A stretch of 64,000 nucleotides of DNA, from positions 1 to 64,000 of the forward strand of contig KZ538002.1 in NCBI GenBank assembly GCA_000934665.2. The letters are read 5' to 3'. Every line of letters starts with the position of its first letter. Position 1 is the first letter of the stretch. Of this stretch, positions 10,407 through 23,791 are shown in pieces. The notes under the pieces were generated by a model. The model had not been told where the DNA came from, made no database searches, and saw only the letters and a list, made by a program, of their open reading frames with translations. This DNA comes from Catajapyx aquilonaris (lineage: Eukaryota). A program made the position numbers and the translations under genes.

Positions 10407-13400
10407 ATGACAGGGGAGAGTTGCCAGCCCGCCAGCAGCGTAGTGCGACATCGACAGATGGAGACCCAGCAACCCACCTTGCTCTCCTCGCTGAGGAGCA
10501 TCCTGTTCGTGGTTGGGTCTGCTGTCGTTGGATTTGCAGCATTCAGAAACACGCTCACATGGTGAGGCATATCAGGCATATACAAGTATAATAAGGAGGG
10601 TAGACTGAAAATAAGTTTTGCTTAATAATATTTTTAATGGGTGAAGCACATTATGTACTGATAGAGGCATGTTCCTATTGAGATATGTGATAGTTGGGCT
10701 TGATTGTGCAATGTGCATGCTGCACGCATCCACAGCAGTATTAGGAAATGACAAAGGCAAGAGTATGCCCGACCTCATGCCCAGGAGACATAATGGTGAA
10801 TAGAAGTGTGTTGCAAATGATGTGGATGAATGGCGAATTGCGGGCAGTTACTTGCTACACATGTGCAGATGGCATGTGTGGTACCAAAGTGAGAGTGCCA
10901 ACAATTCCTGTGATGGGCATGAGAGTGAGAAAGATGAACAGAGACCTGCACCATTTGGTCTGGCATTATGTCCAGAGCAGCATGCAGTCCCCTGCAACTC
11001 CCAGCCTAGCCTTATGGCGATGTTAGTGTACTTAGAGAGTCTCCACCAGCCTGTAATTTGGTGCTGGCGCAGCCCCACAGGCATCTTTTGGGCCAATTGG
11101 GGGGTCCGTTCGGGCAGAAGCCTTCTCAACCAACCCAAACCGTACTAGATTCGGGCAGCGGGCAGGGATAGATGCCTGTAGAGATGCGCCATCGCCAAAT
11201 TCCCGGGCTGGCGGAGACTCTTAAGTACACTACCGTATCGTAGGAGTTGCAGGGGGCAGGTCCAGACCATACACCTCCAGGCCTCCACCAACTGCTTACA
11301 GATTATGATTCCGCAAATGCCACATGCAAATTTGTAGTGGACAGCTGTCCTCACATCATCCTTCATCCATGTTTGCAACACATGTTTGTTCGCCATATAT
11401 ATCCTGGAGAGATGAGGATGCTGGGCATGCTCGAGGCAGCACTACCTCTTTTCCAACTGCACATGCACACAACATGCATGATCAAAGCCAACCTTCACAT
11501 ATCCAAATAGAAGGATGACAATGTACCATGCATAATAATTTTTACTCCATAAGCCTATCAGCTTCGCACATATAGATACGTGAAACTTATTTTTGGACTA
11601 TCCTTAAGTGGTTATGATATTCTCTCATGTGATGAGGCTGCACTTATGACACCATGGGCCGAATTCAGAGAGGTTGCTTAACGTAAACGCGCCCGATTAA
11701 ATCCTTTAGTCATCCTCGATTAGCAAATTTAAAAGTGCTAGCAAGTGCGATTAGGGGGCGTTTAGCGCTAATCGCCGTCTTTGTATTAGGTTGATTAAAT
11801 TTGCTAATCGAGGATGACTAAAGGATTTAATCGGGCGCGTTTACGTTAAGCATCCTCTCTGAATTCGGCCCCATAATTTTAATTAACGGTAACCTAGCTT
11901 TATTTCTTCATTGTTGATGAAATTTGGCATGAAAGGAAACATGAGGCTTTGGAGGCATTTAATGAAGTTAGTTAAACCTCTTAGCACTGGCAAATTTTGC
12001 CCAAGTTGTTATTTTTGTGTAGCTTTTGCACATCTGTGGAGGTAGGTGCCCAATTATTTCCAGGTGTGGTCGAATATCGCTTCTGCAATGTAAATGGGCA
12101 CCCCAACCGAGTGCAAAAAGCTACACAAAAATACAGTAGGGGCAAGCTAACTTCAGGGTTTTTGGGAAGTAGCTTGTGTCCTGTCAATCTTAATTAGCCC
12201 CTCCTCCTACTGATCAACCAATCAGGGATCGATCAGGTTGGAATTAGCATCACACAAGTTTTATTTACAACTTTTGTTTACAAGTCTTGTAAATAAGAAA
12301 CCTTCAGGAATCTAGCTCACGTTTCAAATTGCTTGTCTGCTGCTCATGCCAAGTTCTGGTTTATAGCTGTGGGCTCAGTGGCGAGTGGGGGCGGAAGGGA
12401 GGCCGACACATAGCCAAGGAAAACACCAGGGAAAGTACATGAGTAGGGATATGTCCCTGGTTCTGAAAAAGAACGTTGAAATTCGAAACAAGATGGTGGG
12501 AGGGATGGAACAGTGGGTCCATGGTCTTGGAATAGTAAGGTCTGGTCTCTCCCCTCTTATCACCTTAGGGGGCTTGACAGGGTGTTTTGTGGCAGGTGGC
12601 GACCCTACCAGACTGCTCTGAACTTAGAAGAGAAGCGCTTCTCTTCTACCTAAGTTCAGAGCAGTCTGGTAGGGTCGCCACATGTCTGTGAAGCCCATAG
12701 TGGAGCCCATGGTGGAGCCCTGAAAAGCGCTATCATGGGGCCACCTGCCGCAAAACACCCCATAAGGCCCATAAGGCGATAAGGGAGGAGTGTCCAGACC
12801 TTACGGTGTGTTTACATGTGAGCGATTTGACGAGTGAAGTCTTCACTGAGCGATAACATCACTGAGTAACCAATATTGTTTGAGGTGAAAGTAACAATCG
12901 ATTTTCGCCTCAAACAATACTGGTTACTCGCGTTACTCGGGCAATATTATCGATCGGCGAAGACTTTGCTCGTCAAATCGCTCACATGTAAAGGCACCTT
13001 TACTATTCGAAGACAATGGTGGGGTGTCACCAGCGCCTGCATGGTCACTGGTTAAGCAGTCTATTTCTCTGTCTTTGATGTGAACACCTCAAAGGCAGAG
13101 ACCAAACTGAGAGGGAACAGGGAAGGAGAAATGTGGGGCGGAGCATAAGCACGTCATGTGTTAGTGGGATCCCTTTTTTTTGGGTCAGTGATTGGCACCC
13201 CCATTTCATCCTCCACTGTTTACATGTCCGAGGCAGGCAACCTTTGGGAATTTTACACTTATGTTCAAAGGAGATGAGCATTATATCATATATCCTGAAA
13301 CTTCAAGGATGAATTCGTTTGTTTACACTAATGCAGTTGGTAATCCTGCAGGGTACGCACACAGGAGGGAAATATTTCCCAACCAAACGTAAATTCCATT

Positions 13401-16400
13401 ACCAAAAAAACCAAAAAACCGGGCAGAGAGGTGGGCAGATGTTGCTGAACAGCACCACTTCTTTTCCCTTAGGTTAGCTTGTGCCTACTGTAACTTCATG
13501 CAAAATTTGTGCTAAGTAAAAGGACCTGAATATTTGGAACCGTTCGGAACACACTGCATAACGCAGTGGTTTCCAACAGGGGGGGTCGCGAGCCTTAGTT
13601 AAACTTTTTTTTTTGCAATTTCTGTGACAATTGAACCATTTTTGCAGCCGTACAGAGTGTATGTTTTCTGGAAAGGGGGCAGTTGTAGAAGGGGCTGGGG
13701 GAGGGGAGGAAGGGGGGGGGGGTTGCACATTTATGGAAACATGTGTAGGGGGTCGTAGTTGGTAAAAGGTTGGAAACCACTGGCATAAGGTATGAAGAGC
13801 CTCGGGACGGGGGCAGGAAGTGAGTCCTGGTATGGTTCTCTTCACATCATCATTTGTGTTAGCGACAACAGTTCAGTAAACACTTCAGTTCTGAGAAAGA
13901 CGGACATGTCTTACTAACCAGGGCTGTTTTGAGGGGTAACATTACGATTTCACCATGTAATTGTAGACTCTATGGTTACAATAACTGTCAGTGGTGGGCC
14001 ACTGGCCCTCACCCACAAGCAATGTCAGTTTATGGACATACTGTGATGCATAAATGTATTTTTACAGGCATTTGCAGAAATTTTGGGGCGCTTCTGGCAA
14101 CTTCTGGCAAGCACAATGGGATCGTATCCTGGACTTGGCCGGAGAAGATGAGTTCAACATAATGGTGTATGGCACAACCCTCATTGGTTTTTTGGTCTAC
14201 TGGATTGTAGGAGGAATCTATACTTTCTTTGACCTGACACAGCGACCTGCCTTTATCCGTCGGTACAAGATTCAGCCAGGGGTAAATGAACCTGTGGATA
14301 CCCGCCGAGTCCTGAAGGTCATTGGGGCTGTGGTGGTTAACCAGATTTTAGTAGGGATCCCTGTGGCCATAGTCTGTCATTATGTTATGTGTTGGAGAGG
14401 GAGCCCCAACCTGAGGGAGCTGCCAACTTTTCACTGGGTCATGGTTGAGATGGTGGCCTTTATTCTACTTGAGGAAGTTGGATTCTACTACTCGCACAGG
14501 TTTGATTTTTTACTGTTATTGCAATAGAATATCAAATATTTGAAGAGTCAGTCCACACACCCAGAAATTGTGGCTATGCCCAAATTACTACATGGTCATA
14601 TTGAATTTTAGGGAAAGACTGAAATAGTTTTCTCACAGAGCAACATTCAGATAAGAAGAGTAAAGGGTTGGTTTATGGCTACACAAGAAGGGCTAGTCAC
14701 ATCGAGGTAGTTGTACAAGGCTAGGTCCCCTGGGCTTCCTTGCCATTTTATCCCCTGTGATGTCTGTACATGACCCCCAAATTTCGGACATCACACTTGC
14801 ACCCGTATCCCCCCTCGCAAATCCCTATCCTGACCCCTGCACCGGAGAGAAAAAATGCGAAGAAAATTTCGCAAGAAAAAATGGTGGTTTTAGGGGGTAA
14901 AAGGGCTCTGTTCCCTCTAATGGGGTAAAGCTTAAAATAAATAAAAATCCATAGTCCAAAGAGAAAATGTTGGAAGGGGATTTTTTATTGAACCCTTATT
15001 TTTATTTTTTATTTGAACCAAATAGGGAGTCATTGTACAGGGGGTGCAGGGCCATCAAAAATGAGCACTTTTCTCTCTCTACTCTCCGATAAAAGCAGCA
15101 AATGAGCGTGAATGTGGCCAATCCTATACATACAGGGTGAAGGGAAACTCATGGACAATCGCCTGGTAGACTGATAGTACTCGTAAAACTAATATAGGGA
15201 TGTGCAATTAGTTTTGGGCTCCGTTGCATAGTTAATGCGTACGGTGCCTTTTAAGTGTAGAGGGTATTCTAAAATATGAGGTAATAATAATGATAATGGA
15301 TACCCGTGATAGGCCTCCTTGGGCCTCATAGGGGATTATCTTTTGAATGACCAACTTCAATCATTTGCCTGTAATGTGATGGATTTTTAAGTGGGAGGAA
15401 ACGGGAGAACCCTGAGCAAACCCACGCAAACACGGAGAGAACCCATCGAAACTCTATCCACATAAGTATCCTCTGTCTGACCTGGGGATCGAACTGTGGA
15501 CATTAGAGGTGGAAGGCTGTGGCGCTAACCACTCCGCCACCGTGTCGCCCTAAAATATGAGGTAAAAAGGACAAAGTGCACGGGTGTCATACCCAGAATC
15601 TTGCTCTGATGGGATTTGATCACCGATTGCACATGGATGATGTGTTACGGACCCAAGGCTGGATTGTTCAGAGGCCCTCGTGCTGGCTTTTTTTCTTTGA
15701 AGCTGGTGGAACGGATGTGACGTCACGAAACTTTTACGGCACCACAGGCATTAACTATGCAACGGCGCCTGAAACTAGTTGCACATCCCTATATTCGTTT
15801 TACGAGTACTATCAGTTTACCTGGCGATTATCCCTTCACCCTGGCTGATAAGTAATTGAACTTATTGGGGTCCCACACCACTTTAGCAGTTAGAAATCCA
15901 TAATTTACTTTTAGGCTCTTGTTAATAAAGTCGAAAGTACACATAAATTTTATAACAATCATACATCTAAAAGAAATATTTACATATAACAAGGCCAAAA
16001 GCCCTCCCCTCCCAGCAGGGCGCATGGCCCAGGGCTGCAGCCCCACTGGCGTCCCCTGTATGTTACAATTTTGCAGGTGTTACTAGTGTAATGTTCGTCA
16101 TCATCATTATTACTATTACAGGCTATTGCACAGTCGCCACCTCTACAAGTACATCCACAAGCAGCACCATGAGTGGACTGCTCCAATAGCTGTGACGGCT
16201 ATCTACTGCCATCCAATTGAGCACATATTCTCCAACCTCTTTCCACCCTTTCTTGGGGTGCTGGTGATGGGCTCACATGTAGCCACTTCCTGGCTCTGGT
16301 TTACCTTGGCCATCCTCTCCACCCTTAATGCACATTCTGGATACCACCTGCCTTTCTTCCCGTCGCCGGAGGCACACGACTTCCACCATCTCAAGTCAGT

Positions 16401-17869
16401 AATTTTGTGAAAAAAGTTGATGCATGAAAGTTGATTATAGGCTCTGACATTTGTTGAGGATTTATTAACAGGCAGTGAGTGACATTTGGACGGTGTTATG
16501 CAATAAGGAGTCAACCCACATGATAACAGTTTTGAGAAAGAGGGTTTTGAAGGTCATACCTCTGAAATTAATTCAGTGTTCTTTTCGGTCATTTATGGCA
16601 GAAGTATGCAAGAAAAAATCAATGAATGTTTTGGACACCATCTTTAAATGGATATTTTGATCTTTTATAAACATGAGTTCGACGATCTGAAAGGGTGTTA
16701 AAATAGCTTCCCATCGCATAAATTGAAAATTTGATCTGTAACAATATCCTGACAGTTATGGGCCTCCAACTGAGGGTGGACGGAGGCAACATTTGTAAAA
16801 ATGTTTTTATAGTTAGCAAATTTCACAAGACTACTCTTGTTTTTTTGCGGAAATGTCAATTAAGCAATGTAGGCTTCATTTTAAGCGCAATTCACAAAAT
16901 TTCCAAAATGCCGATTTCTGAGAAACAAATCAATCAAAGTTTAGGGCACCATCTTTAATTCGAATTTTCACACACGTGTTTCCTACCATCTGAAAAGGTG
17001 TTAACATAGCGTCCCAAATCATTGATCACGTTTCTGATATGTTACACTGTTACTAAATTATGTCCCTCCAACTGATAGCTGACGGAGGCAAAATTCGCAA
17101 AAATACGTACCTTCTCGCACCCTGTAGTTATGCAACCACGCGTCCCAGGGTCAAACAAAACGAGGCCCTTGCTCAGACATATGGGTACTAAAACAGTGTT
17201 TTGGACCCAATCGGAAAAGATTTGTCGGGGAGGGGGGTTGGCCATCAGCTTGTACCAGAAGGACTTTGCAGTTGGTATCTAGTGTTGACCATGCCTAGTC
17301 ATATGCACACAAAAGCCCCACAGAAAGGCACATTCTTGACTGTCACTGTCACCCACCATATGGTGCTTCAATACAGGTTAAAGATAGGATGATATGGGTC
17401 TTGTGACCATCAAGCGAGAAAGTCTGCCTCAGGTGAAACCCTTAGTATTGATCAGGAATAAGGACACAGTGTATGGTTTGTTCACTACTAGTATGCTAAA
17501 AGTCCACTTTTCTTGCAAATCAGTTCAATTCCAGTTTTATTACCTTGAGAAATTGTCTTGTAATCTATGAAAGGAAGCTTATGGACCCATAAAGCATTAG
17601 AATATAATTTTTAATAGACTTTATAACATGAATGGAATAGGTCAGGCACTGCATGTGCAACATTGGATATGAGAGTTGTAATTTATTTTTTTATTTTTAG
17701 GTTCAACCAGTGTTTCGGTGTCTTGGGTGTCCTGGACAGATTGCATGGCACTGACACCGTGTTCCGCAACTCTCGTTTATATGCCCGCCACATTATGCTG
17801 CTAAGCCTGGCGCCACTGAGAGAAGCATTTCCTGAAGATGACAAGAAGGGTGCTGCCAAGTCACAGTGA
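10407..17869 (+). CDS. FAXDC2: Fatty acid hydroxylase domain-containing protein 2 (sterol desaturase/fatty acid hydroxylase family), 4 coding exons, ~342 aa
   Basis: Exons 10407-10561, 14068-14499, 16122-16394, 17701-17869. All introns are GT..AG with compatible phases, total 1029 nt. ATG lies in an ACCACCATG context. The protein has TWHLQKFWGASG and the histidine boxes YYSHRLLH, HKQHHEW and HDFHHLK, then FNQCFGVLGVLDRLHGTD. Confidence 0.92.
10595..11605 (-). mobile_element. Decayed mariner transposon
   Basis: Imperfect TIRs gagggtagactgaaaataagttt / aaacttatttttggactatcct. Minus-strand remnants resemble the mariner N-terminal HTH (VRTAVHYKF...ICKQLVEA) and HDNARP (GHNARP). Confidence 0.55.
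11656..11871. mobile_element. Hairpin MITE (PIF/Harbinger-like)
   Basis: ~75-bp near-perfect TIRs gggccgaattcagagagg...tcctcgattagcaaattt. Confidence 0.8.
12520..13020. mobile_element. Foldback element related to 1618-2735, carrying a MITE insertion
   Basis: Central hairpin gtggcgaccctaccagactgctctgaacttag...ctaagttcagagcagtctggtagggtcgccac (12596-12680) with diverged outer arms. Confidence 0.6.
12804..12999. mobile_element. PIF/Harbinger-type MITE
   Basis: TTA flanks; TIR ggtgtgtttacatgtgagcgatttgacgag; second family member at 52246-52409. Confidence 0.75.
13564..13782. mobile_element. hAT MITE
   Basis: TIR CAGTGGTTTCCAAC / GTTGGAAACCACTG; 8-bp TSD GCATAACG / GCATAAGG. Confidence 0.8.
15285..15550 (-). 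mobile_element. tRNA-derived SINE, family A
   Basis: A/B boxes, (ATT)n tail, TSD TAAAATATGAGGTAA at 15270-15284 and 15551-15565. Confidence 0.85.
16630..17100. repeat. Diverged direct repeat, ~310-bp spacing, in the last FAXDC2 intron
   Basis: caccatctttaa...atctgaaa(a/g)ggtgttaa...cctccaactga...gacggaggcaa occurs at ~16636-16790 and ~16947-17092. Confidence 0.65.
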
Positions 17870-18689
17870 ACCATTTCCCAATAGGTAGCACCTTAGTACA
17901 GGTTTTGGTTTTTTGGGTTTTTATTATTAGTTTTTGTTGGGTTGGTGTCTCATTTAGGCTCTGAATGTACAAATTTGGCCAAAGTGGTATTTAGCTTGCA
18001 AAGAGATTAATTATTGCCAGTTACATTTTAATGCCAAAAGTCATGCTACAGTAGAGCATAGTGATGATTCCTTTGATATTGCATAGAATGTGGCATTTGT
18101 CCACATTGGAGGAATTACTTACCAAAGTTTTATAGACACTGGTAATTAAACATTCCTTTTGTGTATGCGTAGATGTTGCTGTGTCAAATATATTATATAT
18201 ACTATTTTGGCTGGTAGCTAGGCAGACGTGAAAAAAGATGAAAGATGTTAAATATGATGCAGTTCTAGATGAATACACTGAGTTTGATCTGTATCCATTG
18301 TTTTTATAGCTACCATAATAGGGTCTAAACTCTAAAGGCTTTTAAGTGAGTGTTACACATGAATTGTATTGGAGTGAATGCAATTCTTGAGAGGAACAAA
18401 AATGATGTAATTTGTTGCAATCAGCAGATGTAATAGTCGAGTGCAGTTTTTTCCACACATAAATAAATTATATGTTGGATGTAATAATTTATCGTTAATG
18501 ATATAAGTGTTGCATTTCCTGCATGACCTTATTCAGAAGGTAAAATGTGGGGAAACAATGTTACTTCCTTGACAGACTATTATGACAATTGTAGAGTCCC
18601 GAGCATAAATTTGGAGACGGCAGGCCCTCCCCTTCAGCAGGGTGCTCTGCCAGTCCCTGCCATTACGGTATCAAATATACGGTTATAAA

Positions 18690-19660
18690 TACACGAACAC
18701 ATGCCTAAAGCAGCTAATTCTGTCCAAAAAGAGTCCGTTAATTTGAGTCAGAGAAGGCCCGCAGGTTCTCCAACTTCATGCTTGGGACTGTACCATGGAA
18801 TCAGAATTTGTAGACTGACCATCCGTGAAATAGCTGGATCCATGGCCATGTCTGTCGTGCAGTGCAAACCCTTGGGTACCACAAAATCTGTGTGCAATGG
18901 GTACCAAGAATGTTAACTCCCAACCAGAACAGGATTTGCAGACTTCAATTGCTTCCCTGAGTCTTTCTAGAGAAGAACCCACTGCTGACAAGTTCCTAGC
19001 CCAGTACGTGACCCAAGACAAAATGTGGATTAACCACTACAATCCCAAAATCAAAGTCCAAAGCAGAAAGAGGAGGCACTTCAGTTCTCCATCTCCTCCA
19101 CCTCCACACCCACACACACACCAGCAACCATTGGTGGGGTGAGGAGTTGGCCAGCATTTTTTGAGACTTGGAAGGGGTGTTGCTCATGGACTACTTACTG
19201 CATGGAAGAACTATGAGGACCTTAATATCCTGACCTCTTGAAGAAGTTGAGAGAAGCCACAAGGAGAGGTAATGCAGAAAATTGTGTTGCACAGTTTAGC
19301 TCTTGCGACAACTCCATGCACATTTATCGCATGGTGTGCATCTCATGACTGTGACTTCAAGCTTCTTCCTAACCACCCATATTCCCCTGTTCTGACCTTG
19401 TTGGACTTCCTCCTGTTCCCAAAGTTGAAAGAACACCTTCGTGGGTCAAGATTTGGAGGAGACAAAAAGGTGATAGCTGAAGTTAATGATGGTAGGGCGG
19501 CCTGGAGAATTTTTTCTCCCAATGAATCAGGGAGCTGGACCGCAGGTGGGAAAAGTGCATCCATTGTCGAGGGAACTCTGAAGAAAATGACAAAGTTTGA
19601 TTCTCCTTGCTTGCATGTATGTATGACACCTCTGGCCCGAAATTTATTGAACTCCTCTTA
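18690..19660 (+). mobile_element. Decayed mariner (DD34D) transposase
   Basis: Frameshifted remnants RLTIREIA, YVTQDKMWINHYNPKIKVQS (TGDETW motif) and HPYSPVLTLLDFLLFPKLKEHLRG (YSPDLAP motif); TIR-like end aaatttattgaactcctctta. Confidence 0.85.
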
Positions 19661-19734
19661 CCCTACCCATTGATTTGCTCTCTCAGGTGAAATTTTACAA
19701 TATGCAGATACCGGGTTTTGGAATGTTGGGGCCA

Positions 19735-19737
<3 letters not shown>

Positions 19738-19776
<39 letters not shown>

Positions 19777-20031
19777 GATACCCCGTGATAGGCCCCTTGG
19801 GCCTCTTAGGGGATTATCTTTTGAAAACCCGACTTTAATCATTTGCCTGAAATGTGATGGATTTTGATAGTGGGAGGAAACGGGAGAACCCCAAGAAAAC
19901 CCACGTGAACACGGAGAGAACCCATCGAAACTCGATCCACATAAGTATCCCCCGTCCGACCCGGGGATCGAACTCGGGACCTTAGAGGTGGAAGGCTGCG
20001 GCGCTAACCACTCGGCCACCGTGTCGCCCCG
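19738..20031 (-). mobile_element. tRNA-derived SINE, family A
   Basis: A box TGGCCGAGTGG, B box GTTCGATCC, (ATT)n tail, TSD TGTTGGGGCCAGTA. Confidence 0.9.
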
Positions 20032-20302
20032 TGTTGGGGCCAGTATTCCCAGCACTTCAGAAATACTTCATCAAAAGTTCCAAAAATTACATACATACAG
20101 TACCCAACCGTCCTGCTCCGGCAATAAGTCTTATGTTTTCTCATAAATACTGTAATGTTCTATGCATTTGTTTCTTTTTTCTTAGTTAATGGTAAATACA
20201 GTACAGTAGAATCGGTGTGTAAATGAAAAATACTTCACTGTTTCTTAGAAAACCATAATGTTGTATGCAATTTCATGTTTTTATGTTTTTGTTGTGCCCT
20301 TG

Positions 20303-21701
20303 CACTATGCAACACAATATTTGTCCATGGAAATTCATCACTATTTCCATGTTCCATAGGTCACTCGTAACTCATAATGACCATTCATTTTGTCTTCGAT
20401 TTGTTTTTGACCTCGGGGCAGTCAAAAAACCAAAATCCTCAAATATAGGGGTTTTTCCCAATCAAGTGGGCCTAAATGTTGCTAGACCATATAAAGTTTC
20501 AGCCAAATTGCAAAATACCGTGGGGAGGGGGAATATCGCGAAATTGTGGAAATGGGGCCTTTCTTGGATAATTTTTTTCGGTTAGTGAAATTGGTCAAAA
20601 CCCAATCGACATACTGTAATATAAAAATTACTTCCACATACATTATCGATTCTTATCCATATACACTAGTTACAAGAGATTACAAAGATGTTACAAAGAT
20701 ATCCAGAAACTTTTTGCCTGCAGGATAAGGAGCAAAGCTGCTAAGGAGCAAGTAGCCGGCAACTAGGGAAAGTGCATGGGCCCGGCCTAATAAGTGACAG
20801 GGGAGAGCCAGTAGAGGCTGCCATGGTTTCCATGGTCCGCCATGATTTCATGGTCCACCAAGGTTGGTAGGGACATGTCCCACAGTGCCCCAAGCAAAAT
20901 GTGCCATCGTGCCCCGTAGCCATTTTTAAACCTTTCTACTGTTTCTAGTCCTACTCTTGAGTGACAAATGTTAAATGGCCATATATGTTCTCATTTTGTA
21001 GGCAGATATTCTGCCTTGCAAACCCATTATTGGGCTGGGTGATCTAGCACTTCCATTGGGAGAAAAAAGAAAAACTAATGAGAAATTGAAATTTACTCAA
21101 ATGGTCAAAAATCGAAAAAATCGGTACTGCCGCCGACAGTCTTTTTCGATTGAATTGAAAATAGGATGTACTGTGGAGCATGTCTATCTGCACCTACCAC
21201 AGAAGCATCAGGTCCGTGACCCTAATAGCCTCTTCACAAATTTGACTGTGCCATGATACCCCGGTCTCCCCTACCATAGGCGCATTTTCCTCGCGGTTTT
21301 CTTTCATTTGATATGATATAACTTATGTTGATTGGGTTTTGATCACTTCCACTAACCAAAAAAATTATCCCAAAAAGGCCCCATTTCCAAAATTTCGCGA
21401 TTTTTTTCCTTCCCCACGGTATTTCGAAATTTGGCTGAAACTTTATATGCAGTGTTATGGCATAGATGTGTACAGGTTTGATTTTTTTCCAGCAAAATCT
21501 GAGATGGTCTAGCAACATTTAGGCCCACTTGATTGGGAAAAACCCCTATATTTGAGGATTTTGGTTTTTTGACTGCCCCGAGGTCAAAAACAAATCGAAG
21601 ACAAAATGAATGGTTATTATGAGTTACGAGTGACCTAAGGAACATGGAAATAGTGATGAATTTCCATGGACAGAAAAAATGTTGATATTTGTTGCATAGT
21701 G
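20303..21701. mobile_element. Long-TIR non-autonomous DNA transposon with CACTATG termini (Transib-like)
   Basis: Ends CACTATGCAAC / GTTGCATAGTG; arms ~20303-20610 and ~21325-21701 are near-identical inverted copies, the left one with an internal deletion; no TSD seen. Confidence 0.65.
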
Positions 21702-23214
21702 TTAGCCATCCTTTTTGGTTATCCGACGATGCCTGTGAGCTGTGGGTGATGGATAATAATCAGGGTTCTCCTGTCCATTAACAAATAAAATAGTATGGGA
21801 GAAGAGATTTTATTCCATTTTCATTGAATGGGGTGTATGTCCTCCCCATTGTTTCTATCTCATGTTCTTAATGATAAAACCACATTTGGTTCATGTTCTG
21901 GAAAGACACATTAAGACTAGTGCAGTTACACTAGAGAGTAGATGTACTCAATATGTGCTGGTGACACACACAATTATTCTGGCTCACTTTCCACTATATC
22001 TGAGTGTGTAGGTCTCTGGTACATTGTTAACTAAACTGGTGGTTCAGAAATTGTGGTAGGGTATGAAAGTGTTAAAGTGCAAAAAAAATCCCGATTCATT
22101 ATTGGAAGTTAACTGGAAAGTAAGAACTTGAGGGTGGTAAATAAGTATGGAATCTTTTGTCTCACATAAGTGAGCTGTGGTCAAATAAGTGTCGGGAGCA
22201 TGGCACTAAACAAGACAATAGTGGATAAATAAATAAGAATGATTTATTTTTTATTCTCAGTGAAAGCACAACAGTAAAGCACAGTTTCAGTATAAAAGTA
22301 GAAATAATGCTTACCGGTGGATGAATTCAATTTCTTTTTTCTTTGCTGTTTATGTCAGGTACAGTATCATATTATTGTCATTTTCCTGGACTTTTGTTGC
22401 ATGAGCCATCCAAGAAAAGCATAGCCTAGTTTCCAGCATAATACTGTGGTCACAAGTAATCTTGGCTGATCCTGCTCATTACTTTTGTAACGGGTGGGAT
22501 GGCCAAGAAACCTTGTGATTGTTATAGCAATCTAGTGTGAATGACTACTTTGAGTGTTCAAAAGCAACATTTGAAAATGTCAGACTATAATGCAAGAGAC
22601 AAAAATTCCCAAACTTATTGGGCAACTATAATTTATAAGCAACTGTCATGTAAAATTCACACTTCAAAAATGTAATGCCCTTTGGAGGGAGTGATATCCA
22701 CTCCCATTGATGAAGGAGTTGGTCCCACAGTATAAGCCCCAAATAATGTGTAAATTACAATGACTGAAGTGATTCAATATCATGCAAGGTAAAGTATTCA
22801 ATACATTTTCATTTAGGTTGGAGTAAGAGTCCTTTAGTTGCAGGGTTGTTATGACAATTTTCCCATTTTTTTTTACTTCCCACATTTCGTTGTATGTCAT
22901 AGCCTCTGGCAAACACAGAAATGCAGGAAAATCATCAGGGTGGTCACAACTACCTCCACCTACTTGAGTACATTCAAGTTCAGTATGCTTGCCTGAAATT
23001 GAACTCTTCAGTGACCATTATTTGCACCTTTAAAAATGTACAAAATGTTCCTAAAATTCAGGAACTGAAGAAGTGCCATCTGGAGAGTGTTGGGATTGGT
23101 ACTTTTTGTGCTCTTCAGTCTAACATGCGATAGACATTATACTGGCTGTAAAAATTGCTTTCTACTGGCTAAGAGATCCTCCAAGCAGTTTCTTGGCTGT
23201 GAGAGCATCTCCTA

Positions 23215-23341
23215 CTATAGATCGGTCACTCTACGAACGCAACCGAGGGGCCAATTTTATTACAGGAATTTTATTACAAACTATTCCTTCCTGTAATAAA
23301 ATTGGCCACTCGGTTGCGTTCATATAGTGACCGATCTATAG
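23215..23341. repeat. Hairpin/MITE with ~55-bp arms in the probable SLC6 3' UTR
   Basis: ctatagatcggtcact...ttttattacaggaa / ttcctgtaataaaa...agtgaccgatctatag. Confidence 0.8.
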
Positions 23342-23791
23342 CTGCAATATTCTTTCCATTGGCTGAGAAATTCAAGCTGACTATTGTCTTAGAGATACGT
23401 ATTATTGCAGTTATAACATTATTTTAACAGGTTGTTACCTATTTTTAATCATGCCATTAGCAATAAAGCACACTACTGTAATGTTGCAATTGTAGACATG
23501 CTACATCCATTATAACAAAGCACATTATCTGGTTGATGATGGATGACTCATTACAGACTTTCAGTGCCAATGTATCGATACATATTTAAGAGACCTAAAA
23601 TTAATTTTCACTTTAGTACTGACACTATTCCTTCCTGTAGGCGTGTGTGAAATACCTCGTCAGCAGCCAAAAATCTTACACTGCAGCCACTGCAGTGCAG
23701 TGGTAAGGAGAGCTGCACAAGTCCAATCACAACACTTCATCAGAGGACCCCTTTGTCCTGTCCTTTCAATTCTCAATATTGGCAATGGCAA

